Assembly: GCA_018662365.1 (NCBI GenBank)
Contig: JABJGH010000035.1
Location: 23,040-87,039 of the forward strand
DNA from: Chloroflexota bacterium
Lineage (GTDB): Bacteria; Chloroflexota; Anaerolineae; Anaerolineales; UBA11579
DNA: 64,000 nucleotides
Reading direction: 5' to 3'
A program made the position numbers and the translations under genes. Positions within the stretch are counted from its first letter, which is position 1. Each line of letters opens with the position of its first letter. The notes below the pieces were generated by a model, which worked only from the letters and a program-made list of their open reading frames with translations, did no database searches and had not been told where the DNA came from. This document shows, piece by piece, positions 1-9,130 of this stretch.

Positions 1-219
1 TCTGCCCCCCCCATATTATCTGCAAAGGAAAGAGCGTTGTTTGACTCTGAATTGGCAAGTTGGTGTAAACACAATCCAATTCATAAGACTGATGCGGATA
101 GGTACTGGGGGAATCTCGACCAAGAGGATAATCTCCCTGCCGAAAACCTTTTCGATTCCCTAAGTTACCAACAGGCATATAATTTGGGTCTCGCACCAGC
201 AAACATAGGTGCAGACTAA
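1..219 (+). CDS. 3' end of an unidentified CDS entering from upstream
   Basis: Frame 1 has no stop from base 1 to the TAA at 217-219. The ORF track shows only the part after the first Met (37..219). No recognisable motif. Confidence 0.3.
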   Translation, partial: SAPPILSAKERALFDSELASWCKHNPIHKTDADRYWGNLDQEDNLPAENLFDSLSYQQAYNLGLAPANIGAD

Positions 220-283
220 TTTCACTCAATTTTCCGCTATCCTAAGATCAATATACATAAAGCTTATGTCCATTTCTACTATA

Positions 284-312
284 TTGAAGGAAAATTTAGC
301 CTATGATACAAT
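284..312 (+). promoter_or_regulatory. Sigma70-like promoter candidate for tRNA-Gln (TTGAAG-17 nt-TACAAT)
   Basis: TTGAAG at 284-289, a 17-nt spacer and TACAAT at 307-312, about 38 nt upstream of the tRNA 5' end. Confidence 0.5.
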
Positions 313-349
313 TGCTCCGCTCTGGGCAAAAAACCACAGCAAAAATTTT

Positions 350-420
350 TGGGGCGTGGTGCAACGGTAGCACACCGGACTTTGAATTCGTTGATCCTGG
401 TTCGAATCCAGGCGCCCCGG
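350..420 (+). tRNA. tRNA-Gln (anticodon UUG), CCA not encoded
   Basis: Hand-folded cloverleaf. Acceptor stem is UGGGGCG/CGCCCCG (U1-G72), with U8. D stem is GUGC/GCAC. Anticodon loop is CUUUGAA (UUG). T arm is CCUGG-UUCGAAU-CCAGG and the discriminator is G. The anticodon stem has one C-U mismatch. Confidence 0.8.
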
Positions 421-539
421 CTAATCACAATGTGAAACCCACATTCGTGACCGGATAAATAATTGTTAGACGACCCTGAACCTAAATCATTAATAGGATT
501 TTTTGAAGAGTGACGAACTCTACAACTTCGTTTTAATTG

Positions 540-568
540 TTGTAGCGCTCGTCGTTTTTGCATACAAT
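540..568 (+). promoter_or_regulatory. Sigma70-like promoter candidate upstream of glmU (TTGTAG-17 nt-TACAAT)
   Basis: Hexamers at 540-545 and 563-568 with 17-nt spacing. The glmU ATG is at 585. Confidence 0.35.
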
Positions 569-584
569 GATCAGAGAATAAATT

Positions 585-1940
585 ATGAAAATATCTACAA
601 TTATCTTAGCTGCTGGGAAAGGCACCCGAATGAGATCAAAATATCCCAAAGTTCTCCACCCAATTGCCGGGGAACCTATGGCTTGGCATATCATTCAGGC
701 AGTAAAAGAGTTTTCTGATGAACTCCCAACCGTCGTGGTTGGATACAAAGCCGAAGAGGTAAAAGATAGCTTGGGGGATAACGCTCATTTTGTCCTCCAA
801 AACGAACAAAAAGGAACTGCCCATGCGGTACAACAAGCTGAGGATTTACTAAAAGGAAATTCCGACATAGTAGTCGTCCTCCTTGGCGATATGCCCCTAA
901 TCAAAGGTCAGACGCTAAAAGCATTAACCGAAACCCAAAAGAATAATACTGGGCCGGTGAGTATGCTTACCGTATTATCGGAAAACCCTCGAGGATTTGG
1001 CCGAATTTCACGAAATAAAAAAGGGCAAGTGGAAGCTATTATTGAGGAAGCAGATTGCACTTCTGAACAGCTCAAAATTAACGAATTAAATGTGAGCGTC
1101 TATTGTTTCCAGGCTGATTGGCTGTGGGATAACCTGGAAAATATTCCCGTCTCATCGAAAGGCGAATTTTATCTCACTGATATTATCAAAGTCGCTACGG
1201 ATAAAGGATTAAATGTACATGCTGAAGCAATCTCTGATCCTCAAGAAGCGATTGGGATTAATTCACGAGTCCACCTAAGCGAAGCTGAGAGAATTATGCG
1301 CAGGAGGATTAATCAGACTTGGATGGAAGCAGGTGTCAGTATTATTGACCCACAAACTACGTATATACACACAAACGTCAAAATTGGGCAGGACACGACC
1401 ATTTACCCAAACACCCATTTGCAGGGAAATACAATTATTGGTGAAGATTGCGAAATTGGCCCCAACACAACCATTAATAACACCTGCATTGGTAATAACT
1501 GTAAAATAATTTCTTCCGTTTTAGAATATGCTAAAGTTGAAAACCATGTGGATATTGGTCCCTTTGGCCATTTACGAAAAGGTGCCCATTTGGCAGACGG
1601 CGTACATATGGGCAATTATGGAGAAATTAAAAATTCTTATATCGGACCTGGCACAAAAATAGGTCATTTCTCATACTTGGGAGATACGACGACTGGAAAA
1701 AATGTAAATATTGGCGCTGGAACGATTACCGCCAATTACGATGGTGTGAATAAAAATAAAACCGAAATTGCAGATGATGTCTTTATTGGTAGCGACACAA
1801 TGCTAATTGCCCCAGTTAAGATTGGGAAAGGGGCTCGCACCGGTGCGGGTTCTGTTGTCAATAAAGACGTTGGTGAAGGAGAGGTTGTGGTGGGAATGCC
1901 CGCTAGAGCCATTCGAAGAAGAAAAGACAATAGTGAATAG
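585..1940 (+). CDS. glmU: Bifunctional UDP-N-acetylglucosamine pyrophosphorylase / glucosamine-1-phosphate N-acetyltransferase
   Basis: N-terminal ILAAGKGTRM nucleotidyltransferase motif. The C-terminal half has long left-handed beta-helix hexapeptide repeats. 451 aa is the typical GlmU length. Confidence 0.95.
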   Translation: MKISTIILAAGKGTRMRSKYPKVLHPIAGEPMAWHIIQAVKEFSDELPTVVVGYKAEEVKDSLGDNAHFVLQNEQKGTAHAVQQAEDLLKGNSDIVVVLLGDMPLIKGQTLKALTETQKNNTGPVSMLTVLSENPRGFGRISRNKKGQVEAIIEEADCTSEQLKINELNVSVYCFQADWLWDNLENIPVSSKGEFYLTDIIKVATDKGLNVHAEAISDPQEAIGINSRVHLSEAERIMRRRINQTWMEAGVSIIDPQTTYIHTNVKIGQDTTIYPNTHLQGNTIIGEDCEIGPNTTINNTCIGNNCKIISSVLEYAKVENHVDIGPFGHLRKGAHLADGVHMGNYGEIKNSYIGPGTKIGHFSYLGDTTTGKNVNIGAGTITANYDGVNKNKTEIADDVFIGSDTMLIAPVKIGKGARTGAGSVVNKDVGEGEVVVGMPARAIRRRKDNSE

Positions 1941-1947
1941 TCAACAA

Positions 1948-3204
1948 ATGCTGGTAATTGCAGGCTCATTACTCCTTTTCGATCTAATAATCACCATCGC
2001 ACGGACTGGCTTATTAAATGTTAGCCAAGCCTATTTGATATCTGTACATCAGGAAGATCCCAAAAAAGCAGCCCTCACACTTTCCCTAACTTCTAAAAGA
2101 ACTCAACTAAGAGCAACATTTAAAATCATTCAATCCTTAGTACGATTGTCGATCGCTGGTGCGTTATATGGCTCCTTCTTAAATGGATCAATGTCAATCT
2201 ATCTGCTATTCGCCATACTGGCCCTGATCATTTGGCTCTCCGAATTTTTTATTGAAAGTTGGATATTGAATGATCCAAATCTATGGGCCATTCGACTCAC
2301 ACCATTTGCAAATATATTGGTAATACTTCTAAGCCCGATTATTTATATTCCTCTTGCGCTAACCAAGAAGGATGCCCCCGACGAGAATCCCGCCAAGATC
2401 ACCGAAGATGAATTGATTTCACTGGTGGACGCCAGCGAACAGGCTGGAGAAATTGAGAAAGATGAAAGTGAAATGATCCATTCAGTGTTTCGCTTTGACG
2501 ACACCTTAGTAAGAGAGATCATGGTTCCCCGTGTCGATATCCTCACTCTGGACGCAAATACACCTATCGAAAAAGCTGCCGACGTAGTTCTTGCCTCCGG
2601 ATTTTCCAGAGTGCCTGTGTATAAGAACCAGATCGATAATATTATCGGGATGTTATACACCAAAGATATGTTGAAGGTGTGGCGACAAGGAAACGGAATT
2701 GACTCATTAAGTGAATTGTTACGTTCGGCGTACTTTATCCCTGAAACCAAAAAAGTGGACGAACTTTTAGATGAAATGCAATCCCGCCGAATTCACATTG
2801 CCGTAGTAATTGATGAATATGGCGGCGTTGCTGGGCTTGTCACATTAGAAGATATTGTCGAAGAAATATTTGGTGAAATTGAAGACGAATTTGATGAAGA
2901 GGAAGAGGCACCTTACAAACAAATTTCTAAAAATGAATTCCTTTTCAATGGAAATGTGCTCCTGGTCGAAGTCAACGAACTTTTAGGCAGCCGTCTTGAA
3001 GTCGAAGATACAGACACGATTGGGGGGTTGATCTATGCCCGCACCGGGCACGTCCCAGGAATAGGGGAAAGTTTGGTAGAAAACGAATTGAAAATTACCG
3101 TTGAACAAATTGATGATCGGCGAATCCTAAAAGTACGGGTGATAAAAAATCAAGACCCTGCTTCACTGCCAGAAATCAAAGAGGACAATAAAGATGGAAA
3201 ATAA
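1948..3204 (+). CDS. CNNM/DUF21-CBS-CorC_HlyC family membrane protein (hemolysin/Mg-Co efflux-like)
   Basis: N-terminal TM domain, a CBS pair (REIMVPRVD... GFSRVPVY... HIAVVIDEYGGVAGLVTLEDIVEEI) and a C-terminal CorC/HlyC domain. Start moved to the ATG at 1948, just after the glmU stop. The longer ORF from 1807 overlaps glmU. Confidence 0.9.
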   Translation: MLVIAGSLLLFDLIITIARTGLLNVSQAYLISVHQEDPKKAALTLSLTSKRTQLRATFKIIQSLVRLSIAGALYGSFLNGSMSIYLLFAILALIIWLSEFFIESWILNDPNLWAIRLTPFANILVILLSPIIYIPLALTKKDAPDENPAKITEDELISLVDASEQAGEIEKDESEMIHSVFRFDDTLVREIMVPRVDILTLDANTPIEKAADVVLASGFSRVPVYKNQIDNIIGMLYTKDMLKVWRQGNGIDSLSELLRSAYFIPETKKVDELLDEMQSRRIHIAVVIDEYGGVAGLVTLEDIVEEIFGEIEDEFDEEEEAPYKQISKNEFLFNGNVLLVEVNELLGSRLEVEDTDTIGGLIYARTGHVPGIGESLVENELKITVEQIDDRRILKVRVIKNQDPASLPEIKEDNKDGK

Positions 3205-3598
3205 AGTATCAAAACAAGATCTTATTGCTATGGCAATGGAAGCAAGGAAAAAATCTTATTCCCCTTATTCAAGATATCCTGTAGGGGCTGCCCTGCTAAC
3301 TAAGTCGGGAAAAGTTTTTCAGGGTACAAACATTGAAAATGCGGCTTATTCGTGCACAATTTGTGCAGAACGCACGGCTATCTTCAAGGCAATTTATGAA
3401 GGTGAAAGAGAGTTTGAAGCCATTGCAGTGGTTACCAAGGATGGCGGCTCTCCCTGTGGCAGCTGTCGTCAAGTCTTATCTGAGTTTGGTTTGGATACCA
3501 TAGTTTGGCTAGCTGATGAAAATGGGGATAACATACAAGAGTCAACCGTTGAAGAGCTCATCCCCTTATCTTTCGGTCCCTCCAATTTATTGGAATAA
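3194..3598 (+). CDS. cdd: Cytidine deaminase
   Basis: CAERTAIF and PCGSCRQVL zinc-binding motifs in 134 aa. Overlaps the upstream gene by 11 nt, consistent with an operon. Confidence 0.9.
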   Translation: MENKVSKQDLIAMAMEARKKSYSPYSRYPVGAALLTKSGKVFQGTNIENAAYSCTICAERTAIFKAIYEGEREFEAIAVVTKDGGSPCGSCRQVLSEFGLDTIVWLADENGDNIQESTVEELIPLSFGPSNLLE

Positions 3599-3641
3599 AT
3601 CAATTTCCTTATTTTAATATTTTTATGTTAAGATATTTCCC

Positions 3642-4373
3642 ATGCGCGCTTTAGTAATCACTGACATACATGGGAATAGTGTTGCGTTAGAAACAGTTCT
3701 AAACCATGTCAAAGACGAAATTGATGCTGTTTGGTGTCTGGGGGACGTGGTGGGCTATGGCCCAAATCCAAACGAATGCATTTCGCTCCTGAAAGAACAA
3801 AATAATTTGATCTGCTTATTAGGGAATCACGATGCTGCTGCGGCAAAAGACATGGATATAAGTAGTTTTAATACCGAAGCACGGCAATCCGTGGAGTGGA
3901 CAAAAAACGAACTCAGTAAAGAAAACTTGTCTTTCCTCCAAAATCTTCCTGAAACTGCAGTGATTGATCAGGTAACTTTGGCCCATGGCAGCCCTCGCCA
4001 ACCCGTATTTGAATATCTTTTAGATTCCCAAGTAGCCCAAGAAAATTTTGGTTTTTTCGATACAAATTATTGTTTTGTCGGACATACACACCTCCCTGTG
4101 CATTTTTATCTTGATCCTGCATCAAAAATTACATCCTTGAACATTCCTGAAGTTGACCGAATAAACTCAATTCTCTCAAGGTCAATACTCAATCCAGGGT
4201 CTATTGGACAACCACGCGACAGAGATCCCCGATCTTCTTTTGCTATCTTCGATTCGGAAGAAAAAAGTTGGGATTATCGGAGAATTGAATATAATATTAA
4301 GAAAACCCAAAAAAGAATGAGTTCATATAAAATGCCGGAACGCCAAATTGTCCGGTTGAGCAGTGGGTGGTAG
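3642..4373 (+). CDS. Metallophosphoesterase (calcineurin-like, YfcE/MJ0936-type)
   Basis: DIHGN, GDVVGYGP, GNHD and GHTH motifs in the canonical order. Confidence 0.85.
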   Translation: MRALVITDIHGNSVALETVLNHVKDEIDAVWCLGDVVGYGPNPNECISLLKEQNNLICLLGNHDAAAAKDMDISSFNTEARQSVEWTKNELSKENLSFLQNLPETAVIDQVTLAHGSPRQPVFEYLLDSQVAQENFGFFDTNYCFVGHTHLPVHFYLDPASKITSLNIPEVDRINSILSRSILNPGSIGQPRDRDPRSSFAIFDSEEKSWDYRRIEYNIKKTQKRMSSYKMPERQIVRLSSGW

Positions 4374-4540
4374 TGTTCAAAGAATTTCTCCATACTATCC
4401 AATAAAATAATTCCAAGTTCCCCCCACTATAGACATGCTTAAATTCAAGGCGCTGGGTAAAATGAACCTATCGAATTATTCAATCCTTAAAAATCGAACT
4501 TGCTTAGTTCGAAATTAATTATTCTATTTGGATTTGTTTA

Positions 4541-5683
4541 ATGGCTATTACGAAAAAGAAAATATTGTTTTTAGGCACAAAAATGCAACAAGCGGGTGCC
4601 CAAAAAATGCAGCTAATACAATCGGCGTGGTTCCACAAAAAAGGCCATGAGGTTATTTCAGTCTTTTTATACGATAACGAAAATTTATCTGAGGATTGGA
4701 AATCCAGATATCCCTTTAAGGTAATTAACCTTGACGTTTGGTCTCTACAGGGAAATATTTTTGGCAAGCTTCTTAAATTCTTGCTTGCTTTACCCCGTTT
4801 TTATCGATTTCTAGTTCAAAACAATTTTGATATTATTGAAACATTCACACATGACAGCAACCTAATTGGAATCCCTCTTGGATATCTTGCGGGAATACCC
4901 GTACGAATTCCCGCTCATCAAGGGGATATTGAAGATCGAATTTTTTTTTGGAAATGGCTCCATGGAAGAATGGTAAATAGCCCTCTTTCAACAAAGCTTG
5001 TTGTAGTTTCTAATCGAGTTAAAGAAAATGCAATAGTCCTTGAAAAAGTGCGTCCTGAAAAAATTGAAGTAATCCTAAATGCAATTCAGACCAAAGAACC
5101 CCTTACCGATAAATATCAGGCTAGAAAGTCATTAGGATGGTCCGAAAAAGCTAATATCCTGGTCTCGGTCGGAAGATTATCTGTTCAAAAGGGACATAAG
5201 TATTTAATTGATGCGATGCCCTCTGTTTTAGAAAAATATCCGAACACCCTACTATATATTATTGGAGACGGAAAACTCTGCAATTCATTATCAACTCAAA
5301 TAGAAAACTTAGGTCTTCAAAATAGCATAAAACTATTAGGCGTGAGGAGTGATGTTTTTAAGATTCTTAGAGCCAGCGATATATTCATCATGCCGTCGCT
5401 TTGGGAGGGATTGCCTGTAGCACTTTTGGAGGCAATGTTGATGGAATGCCCAATAATAATTTCGGACGTTGAGGGAATTGATGATGTACTTACCCATAAC
5501 GAAAATGGACTAATTACTCCCTTAAAGGACGTGGCTATTCTTTCAAAATCTATTCTTTATTTAATGGAAAATAAGATTATCCGAAATGAATTAGGAATAA
5601 AGGCTAGAGAACATATTTTAGAAAATTTTTCTGAAGATGAAATGTGCAAGCAATATGAAGAGGTGTTTTTTGATTTAGCTTAA
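4541..5683 (+). CDS. Glycosyltransferase family 4 (GT-B, Glycos_transf_1)
   Basis: C-terminal signature GRLSVQKG ... PSLWEGLPVALLEAM ... P(I/V)I.SD, in 380 aa. Confidence 0.85.
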   Translation: MAITKKKILFLGTKMQQAGAQKMQLIQSAWFHKKGHEVISVFLYDNENLSEDWKSRYPFKVINLDVWSLQGNIFGKLLKFLLALPRFYRFLVQNNFDIIETFTHDSNLIGIPLGYLAGIPVRIPAHQGDIEDRIFFWKWLHGRMVNSPLSTKLVVVSNRVKENAIVLEKVRPEKIEVILNAIQTKEPLTDKYQARKSLGWSEKANILVSVGRLSVQKGHKYLIDAMPSVLEKYPNTLLYIIGDGKLCNSLSTQIENLGLQNSIKLLGVRSDVFKILRASDIFIMPSLWEGLPVALLEAMLMECPIIISDVEGIDDVLTHNENGLITPLKDVAILSKSILYLMENKIIRNELGIKAREHILENFSEDEMCKQYEEVFFDLA

Positions 5684-5717
5684 TAATTAGGTGGGATTAT
5701 TCGAGAATTTAAATCGG

Positions 5718-6593
5718 TCAATCCAACTTCCCCGCAGCCCTCGCCTTCCTTAATACATTTTCGGCTGCTTTCAAATTAGGCATATCGACCATTTTTCCAT
5801 CGATCTCAAATGCCCCGACTCCCCTCTCTTGATGTTTAGTAAATGCTTCAATGAGAACTTTTGCTTTTTCAATTTCTTTATCACTTGGTGTAAAGGCTCG
5901 TTGCACTTCGCCGATTTGCTTGGGGTGAATAATCTGCCTTCCATCATAACCAAGCTCTACTCCCCGTCGGGACTCCTGAAATAAGGTGTCCATTCCTTTA
6001 AAATCAGTTGCCACCATGTCAATTGCCTGCAAATTATAAGCAGCGGCGTGGGTCACTACTGCACTTCTTGCATACAAAACTTCGTTTCCTTCGGGGGTAC
6101 GCACTGCCCCGACATCCCCCGCTAAGTCCTCTGCTCCAAAGATCAATACTTTCAGTCTGCTATCTGAATTGGCGATCTCTTTCAGGTTCACAATTCCTAT
6201 GGCAGATTCAATTAGAGCTAATATGTGTATTGGTTCACCTAAGTCTGGTATCGTTTTTTCCAATTCTACCAAGCGCTCACTCACCCATTGAACATCAGCG
6301 GCAGAACTTACTTTCGGAATGATGATTCCATCTGGGTTAAATGGAACAATGACATCCAGGTCCGCTTCTTCCATGCCCGATCCAACCGCATTAATTCGCA
6401 CCAATTTTTCTGTGCTGCCAAAATCAAGAGTTTTCAAAGCTTTTACAACAGTTTCCCGTGCTTCTTCTTTTCTGCTTAACGCCACGCCGTCCTCAAGATC
6501 CATACAAATGGAGTCTACATCCAAACGGGTTGCCTTTTCAATTTTTCTCCAATCACTGCCTGGCATATAAAGAATCGCTCTTCGAACCCTCAT
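5718..6593 (-). CDS. HpcH/HpaI-CitE-like beta-hydroxyacyl-CoA lyase (HMG-CoA/citramalyl-CoA/malyl-CoA lyase type)
   Basis: CitE-like fold signature (RRAILYMPG, DLEDGV, IPKV, GAEDLA) in 291 aa. It is the last gene of the carboxylase operon. Confidence 0.85.
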   Translation of the reverse strand: MRVRRAILYMPGSDWRKIEKATRLDVDSICMDLEDGVALSRKEEARETVVKALKTLDFGSTEKLVRINAVGSGMEEADLDVIVPFNPDGIIIPKVSSAADVQWVSERLVELEKTIPDLGEPIHILALIESAIGIVNLKEIANSDSRLKVLIFGAEDLAGDVGAVRTPEGNEVLYARSAVVTHAAAYNLQAIDMVATDFKGMDTLFQESRRGVELGYDGRQIIHPKQIGEVQRAFTPSDKEIEKAKVLIEAFTKHQERGVGAFEIDGKMVDMPNLKAAENVLRKARAAGKLD

Positions 6594-6594
6594 A

Positions 6595-7056
6595 TTAATT
6601 TTCCTCCGATTCCCTTTTCAAAAACATCGCGGTCCGCTCCACTTCTAAAACAATTGTGCCGTCTTGCTTTCTTCCGCTATGTTTCAATTTTACAATGCCA
6701 ACAGATATATTAGATTTCGACTCTCGTTTACTTAACACTTCTGTTTCCACATGTAGTGTATCCCCATGAAAAACAGGTGCGGGGTGCTTTACATTTTCAT
6801 AACTCAAATTAGATATGATTGTGCCCTCTGTAAGATCTGCCACGGTTATTCCCACTGCCAATCCAAGGGTATAAATCCCGTTCACAATTATTTGTCCAAA
6901 ATTGGTTTTAGAAGCATATTCTTCATCAGAGTGCAAAGGTTGGGTGTTCATCGTTAAGGCATTAAAGGTTGAATGATCTTTTTTGGTAATCTTTTTTTTA
7001 TTAATATGCTGAAAAGTTTCCCCCACCACCAGATCCTCATAATATTTTCCAGCCAT
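6595..7056 (-). CDS. MaoC-like (R)-specific enoyl-CoA hydratase / hot-dog fold
   Basis: A 153-aa hot-dog fold protein with a MaoC-type N-terminus (YEDLVVGETF... QPLHSDEEYA). Only 1-nt gap to the downstream lyase gene. Confidence 0.85.
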   Translation of the reverse strand: MAGKYYEDLVVGETFQHINKKKITKKDHSTFNALTMNTQPLHSDEEYASKTNFGQIIVNGIYTLGLAVGITVADLTEGTIISNLSYENVKHPAPVFHGDTLHVETEVLSKRESKSNISVGIVKLKHSGRKQDGTIVLEVERTAMFLKRESEEN

Positions 7057-7077
7057 TACTCCTCCTATCGCATTCCC

Positions 7078-7569
7078 TTATTCAATTTCCAAAAGGAAGT
7101 CGTCCTTATCTACCTGCTGATCTTCTTTAACATTCAACCGAATTATCTTTCCATCGCCGGGAGAGAGTATGCGGATTTCCATTTTCATTGCTTCAAGTAA
7201 GAGAAGTAATTGTCCTGAACTTACGTCCTCCCCTTCTTCAATCAACACTTGGCGCACTTGCCCTGGCATTGGCGCATAAACGGAAGTGTCCGCATTTTGC
7301 ATTCCCATCATACCCGAACGTTTTGAAGAAGTTGCCTTTTCTAATAACCACTCTCGCCCATTTACCGCTACCCACCGCTTGCGGTTCCCATCAATTGCCC
7401 AAATTCCTTCAACGTTTTTTCCATTTATTTGCAGGTCGATCTTCCCACCAGAAATATTGGTAGTGGGAATCTGATACTCTTTCTCTCCGATTTTCGCTAA
7501 ATAACCTTCATCTGTAATTTCTAGTTCAATACTATAGCGTTCTTGGTCGATGATATAAGTTAATTTCAC
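7078..7569 (-). CDS. Biotin carboxyl carrier / biotinyl domain protein (C-terminal part of an acyl-CoA carboxylase alpha subunit encoded as a separate ORF)
   Basis: EAMKME biotinylation motif near the C-terminus. The GTG start overlaps the upstream TGA as GTGA (7566-7569). Confidence 0.85.
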   Translation of the reverse strand: MKLTYIIDQERYSIELEITDEGYLAKIGEKEYQIPTTNISGGKIDLQINGKNVEGIWAIDGNRKRWVAVNGREWLLEKATSSKRSGMMGMQNADTSVYAPMPGQVRQVLIEEGEDVSSGQLLLLLEAMKMEIRILSPGDGKIIRLNVKEDQQVDKDDFLLEIE

Positions 7570-9095
7570 GATTCCTTTCCCCCGATCCGAAAGTTTTTAA
7601 ATCTACTCCATGGGCTGTATGGATCACTTTCTGCCCCAATTTCTCCACTGCTCTCCCTATTTTCTGTAAGTTTACTTAATTCAGCTATTGCAGCAATGAT
7701 CAATACCTCATCGGGAACAATTTTGTCCATTGGATGCCAGTCAGAGAAAAATGAATCAATAAAACGGGTATTAGCCAAGCCCTTATTAAATTTCTTGTCC
7801 TGCAGGATATCTACCAAAAATTCTCGGTTGCTCTTTAACCCCAGAAGTACGCTATTTCTAAGGGCATCCATTAACTTTTTTATCGCCTTTGGACGATCAT
7901 CGGCATATGCGATCACCTTCGCCAATAAAGGATCATAATGAACCCCAACTTCTGTGCCTGGAACAACACCACTATCCACCCGCACACCCTCTCCATCCGC
8001 AAAACCTACATGATGAATTCTTCCAGTGGATGGAAAAAATGAATTAGATGGGTCTTCTGCATAAATTCGTGCCTCGATCGCATGCCCTTTCTGTTTGAGA
8101 TCTGATTGTTTGAATGGTAGCTTTTCGCCCGCCGCGATCCTAATCTGCCATTGCACCAGATCAATCCCTGTCACCATTTCCGTAATGGGATGTTCAACCT
8201 GTAACCGGGTATTCATTTCAAGAAAGTAAAATTTTCGGGAGGCGGGATCTACAATAAATTCAACCGTTCCCGCGTTGGTGTAATTCACCGACGTTGCCAC
8301 TTCGATTGCAGTTCTCGCCATTTCCTCGCGCAATGCATCATCCATCAGAGGAGAAGGGCTTTCTTCGATCACCTTTTGATGTCGGCGCTGAATGGAACAT
8401 TCTCTTTCAAAAAAATGCAAAACATTGCCATGTCCATCCGCCAAGATTTGGAATTCAATATGATGGGCATCCGATATATATTTTTCTAAAATAATTCGAG
8501 AATCCCCAAAAGAATTTTGGGCTTCCCGCCGAGCCGCAGATAATAAGTCTTGTAAATCGGCTGGCTCTGTCACCACTCGCATCCCTTTTCCACCGCCACC
8601 CGCAGCTGCCTTGAGCAATACTGGATATCCAATCTCTACCGCTTTCTTTTTTAATTGTTTCAGATCGTCATCCCCCTGATATCCCGGTATTAAGGGAATG
8701 CCCGCTTTTTCCATCAATTGGCGGGCCGCAGATTTATCGCCCATCAACCTGATTGCGTCAGGAGAAGGACCGATGAATACCAACCCCGCATCGATCACCG
8801 CCTGCGCAAAATCCGTATTCTCAGAGAGAAAGCCATAACCGGGATGGACTGCCTCTGCCCCACTTTCTTTGGCGGCAACGAGGATATTCTCAATTTTTAA
8901 ATAGGATTCCAGGGGGGGAGCTGGCCCAATCAGAATCGCCTCATCAGCCATATCCACATGTGGGGCTTTATGATCTGCCTCACTATAAACTGCAACTGTT
9001 GAAATCCCCAATTCTTGACAGGCGCGCATCAACCGCAAGGCGATTTCACCACGGTTGGCGATCAGAATTTTTTCAAATGGGGGTTTTGTAGTCAT
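7566..9095 (-). CDS. Biotin carboxylase subunit of an acyl-CoA (methylcrotonyl-CoA-type) carboxylase
   Basis: ILIANRGEIA, the ATP-grasp glycine loop GGGGKGMRV and the EMNTRLQVEHP motif. 509 aa covers the BC domain plus part of the BT region. Confidence 0.95.
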   Translation of the reverse strand: MTTKPPFEKILIANRGEIALRLMRACQELGISTVAVYSEADHKAPHVDMADEAILIGPAPPLESYLKIENILVAAKESGAEAVHPGYGFLSENTDFAQAVIDAGLVFIGPSPDAIRLMGDKSAARQLMEKAGIPLIPGYQGDDDLKQLKKKAVEIGYPVLLKAAAGGGGKGMRVVTEPADLQDLLSAARREAQNSFGDSRIILEKYISDAHHIEFQILADGHGNVLHFFERECSIQRRHQKVIEESPSPLMDDALREEMARTAIEVATSVNYTNAGTVEFIVDPASRKFYFLEMNTRLQVEHPITEMVTGIDLVQWQIRIAAGEKLPFKQSDLKQKGHAIEARIYAEDPSNSFFPSTGRIHHVGFADGEGVRVDSGVVPGTEVGVHYDPLLAKVIAYADDRPKAIKKLMDALRNSVLLGLKSNREFLVDILQDKKFNKGLANTRFIDSFFSDWHPMDKIVPDEVLIIAAIAELSKLTENRESSGEIGAESDPYSPWSRFKNFRIGGKES

Positions 9096-9130
9096 TAAGC
9101 AATTATAACTTATCGGCTAAGGACAATATT

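Noticed and set aside
279-563. A 94-aa minus-strand ORF
   Set aside because: It lies directly across the tRNA-Gln gene and its promoter and has no RBS or recognisable motif, so it is a spurious ORF.
1807-1947. N-terminal extensions of several ORF-track entries (1807, 10071, 10379, 23919, 27436, 45378, 53428, 56413)
   Set aside because: The extensions overlap the upstream gene's coding sequence. Internal ATGs with better RBSs or better N-terminal homology patterns exist, so the shorter starts were used.
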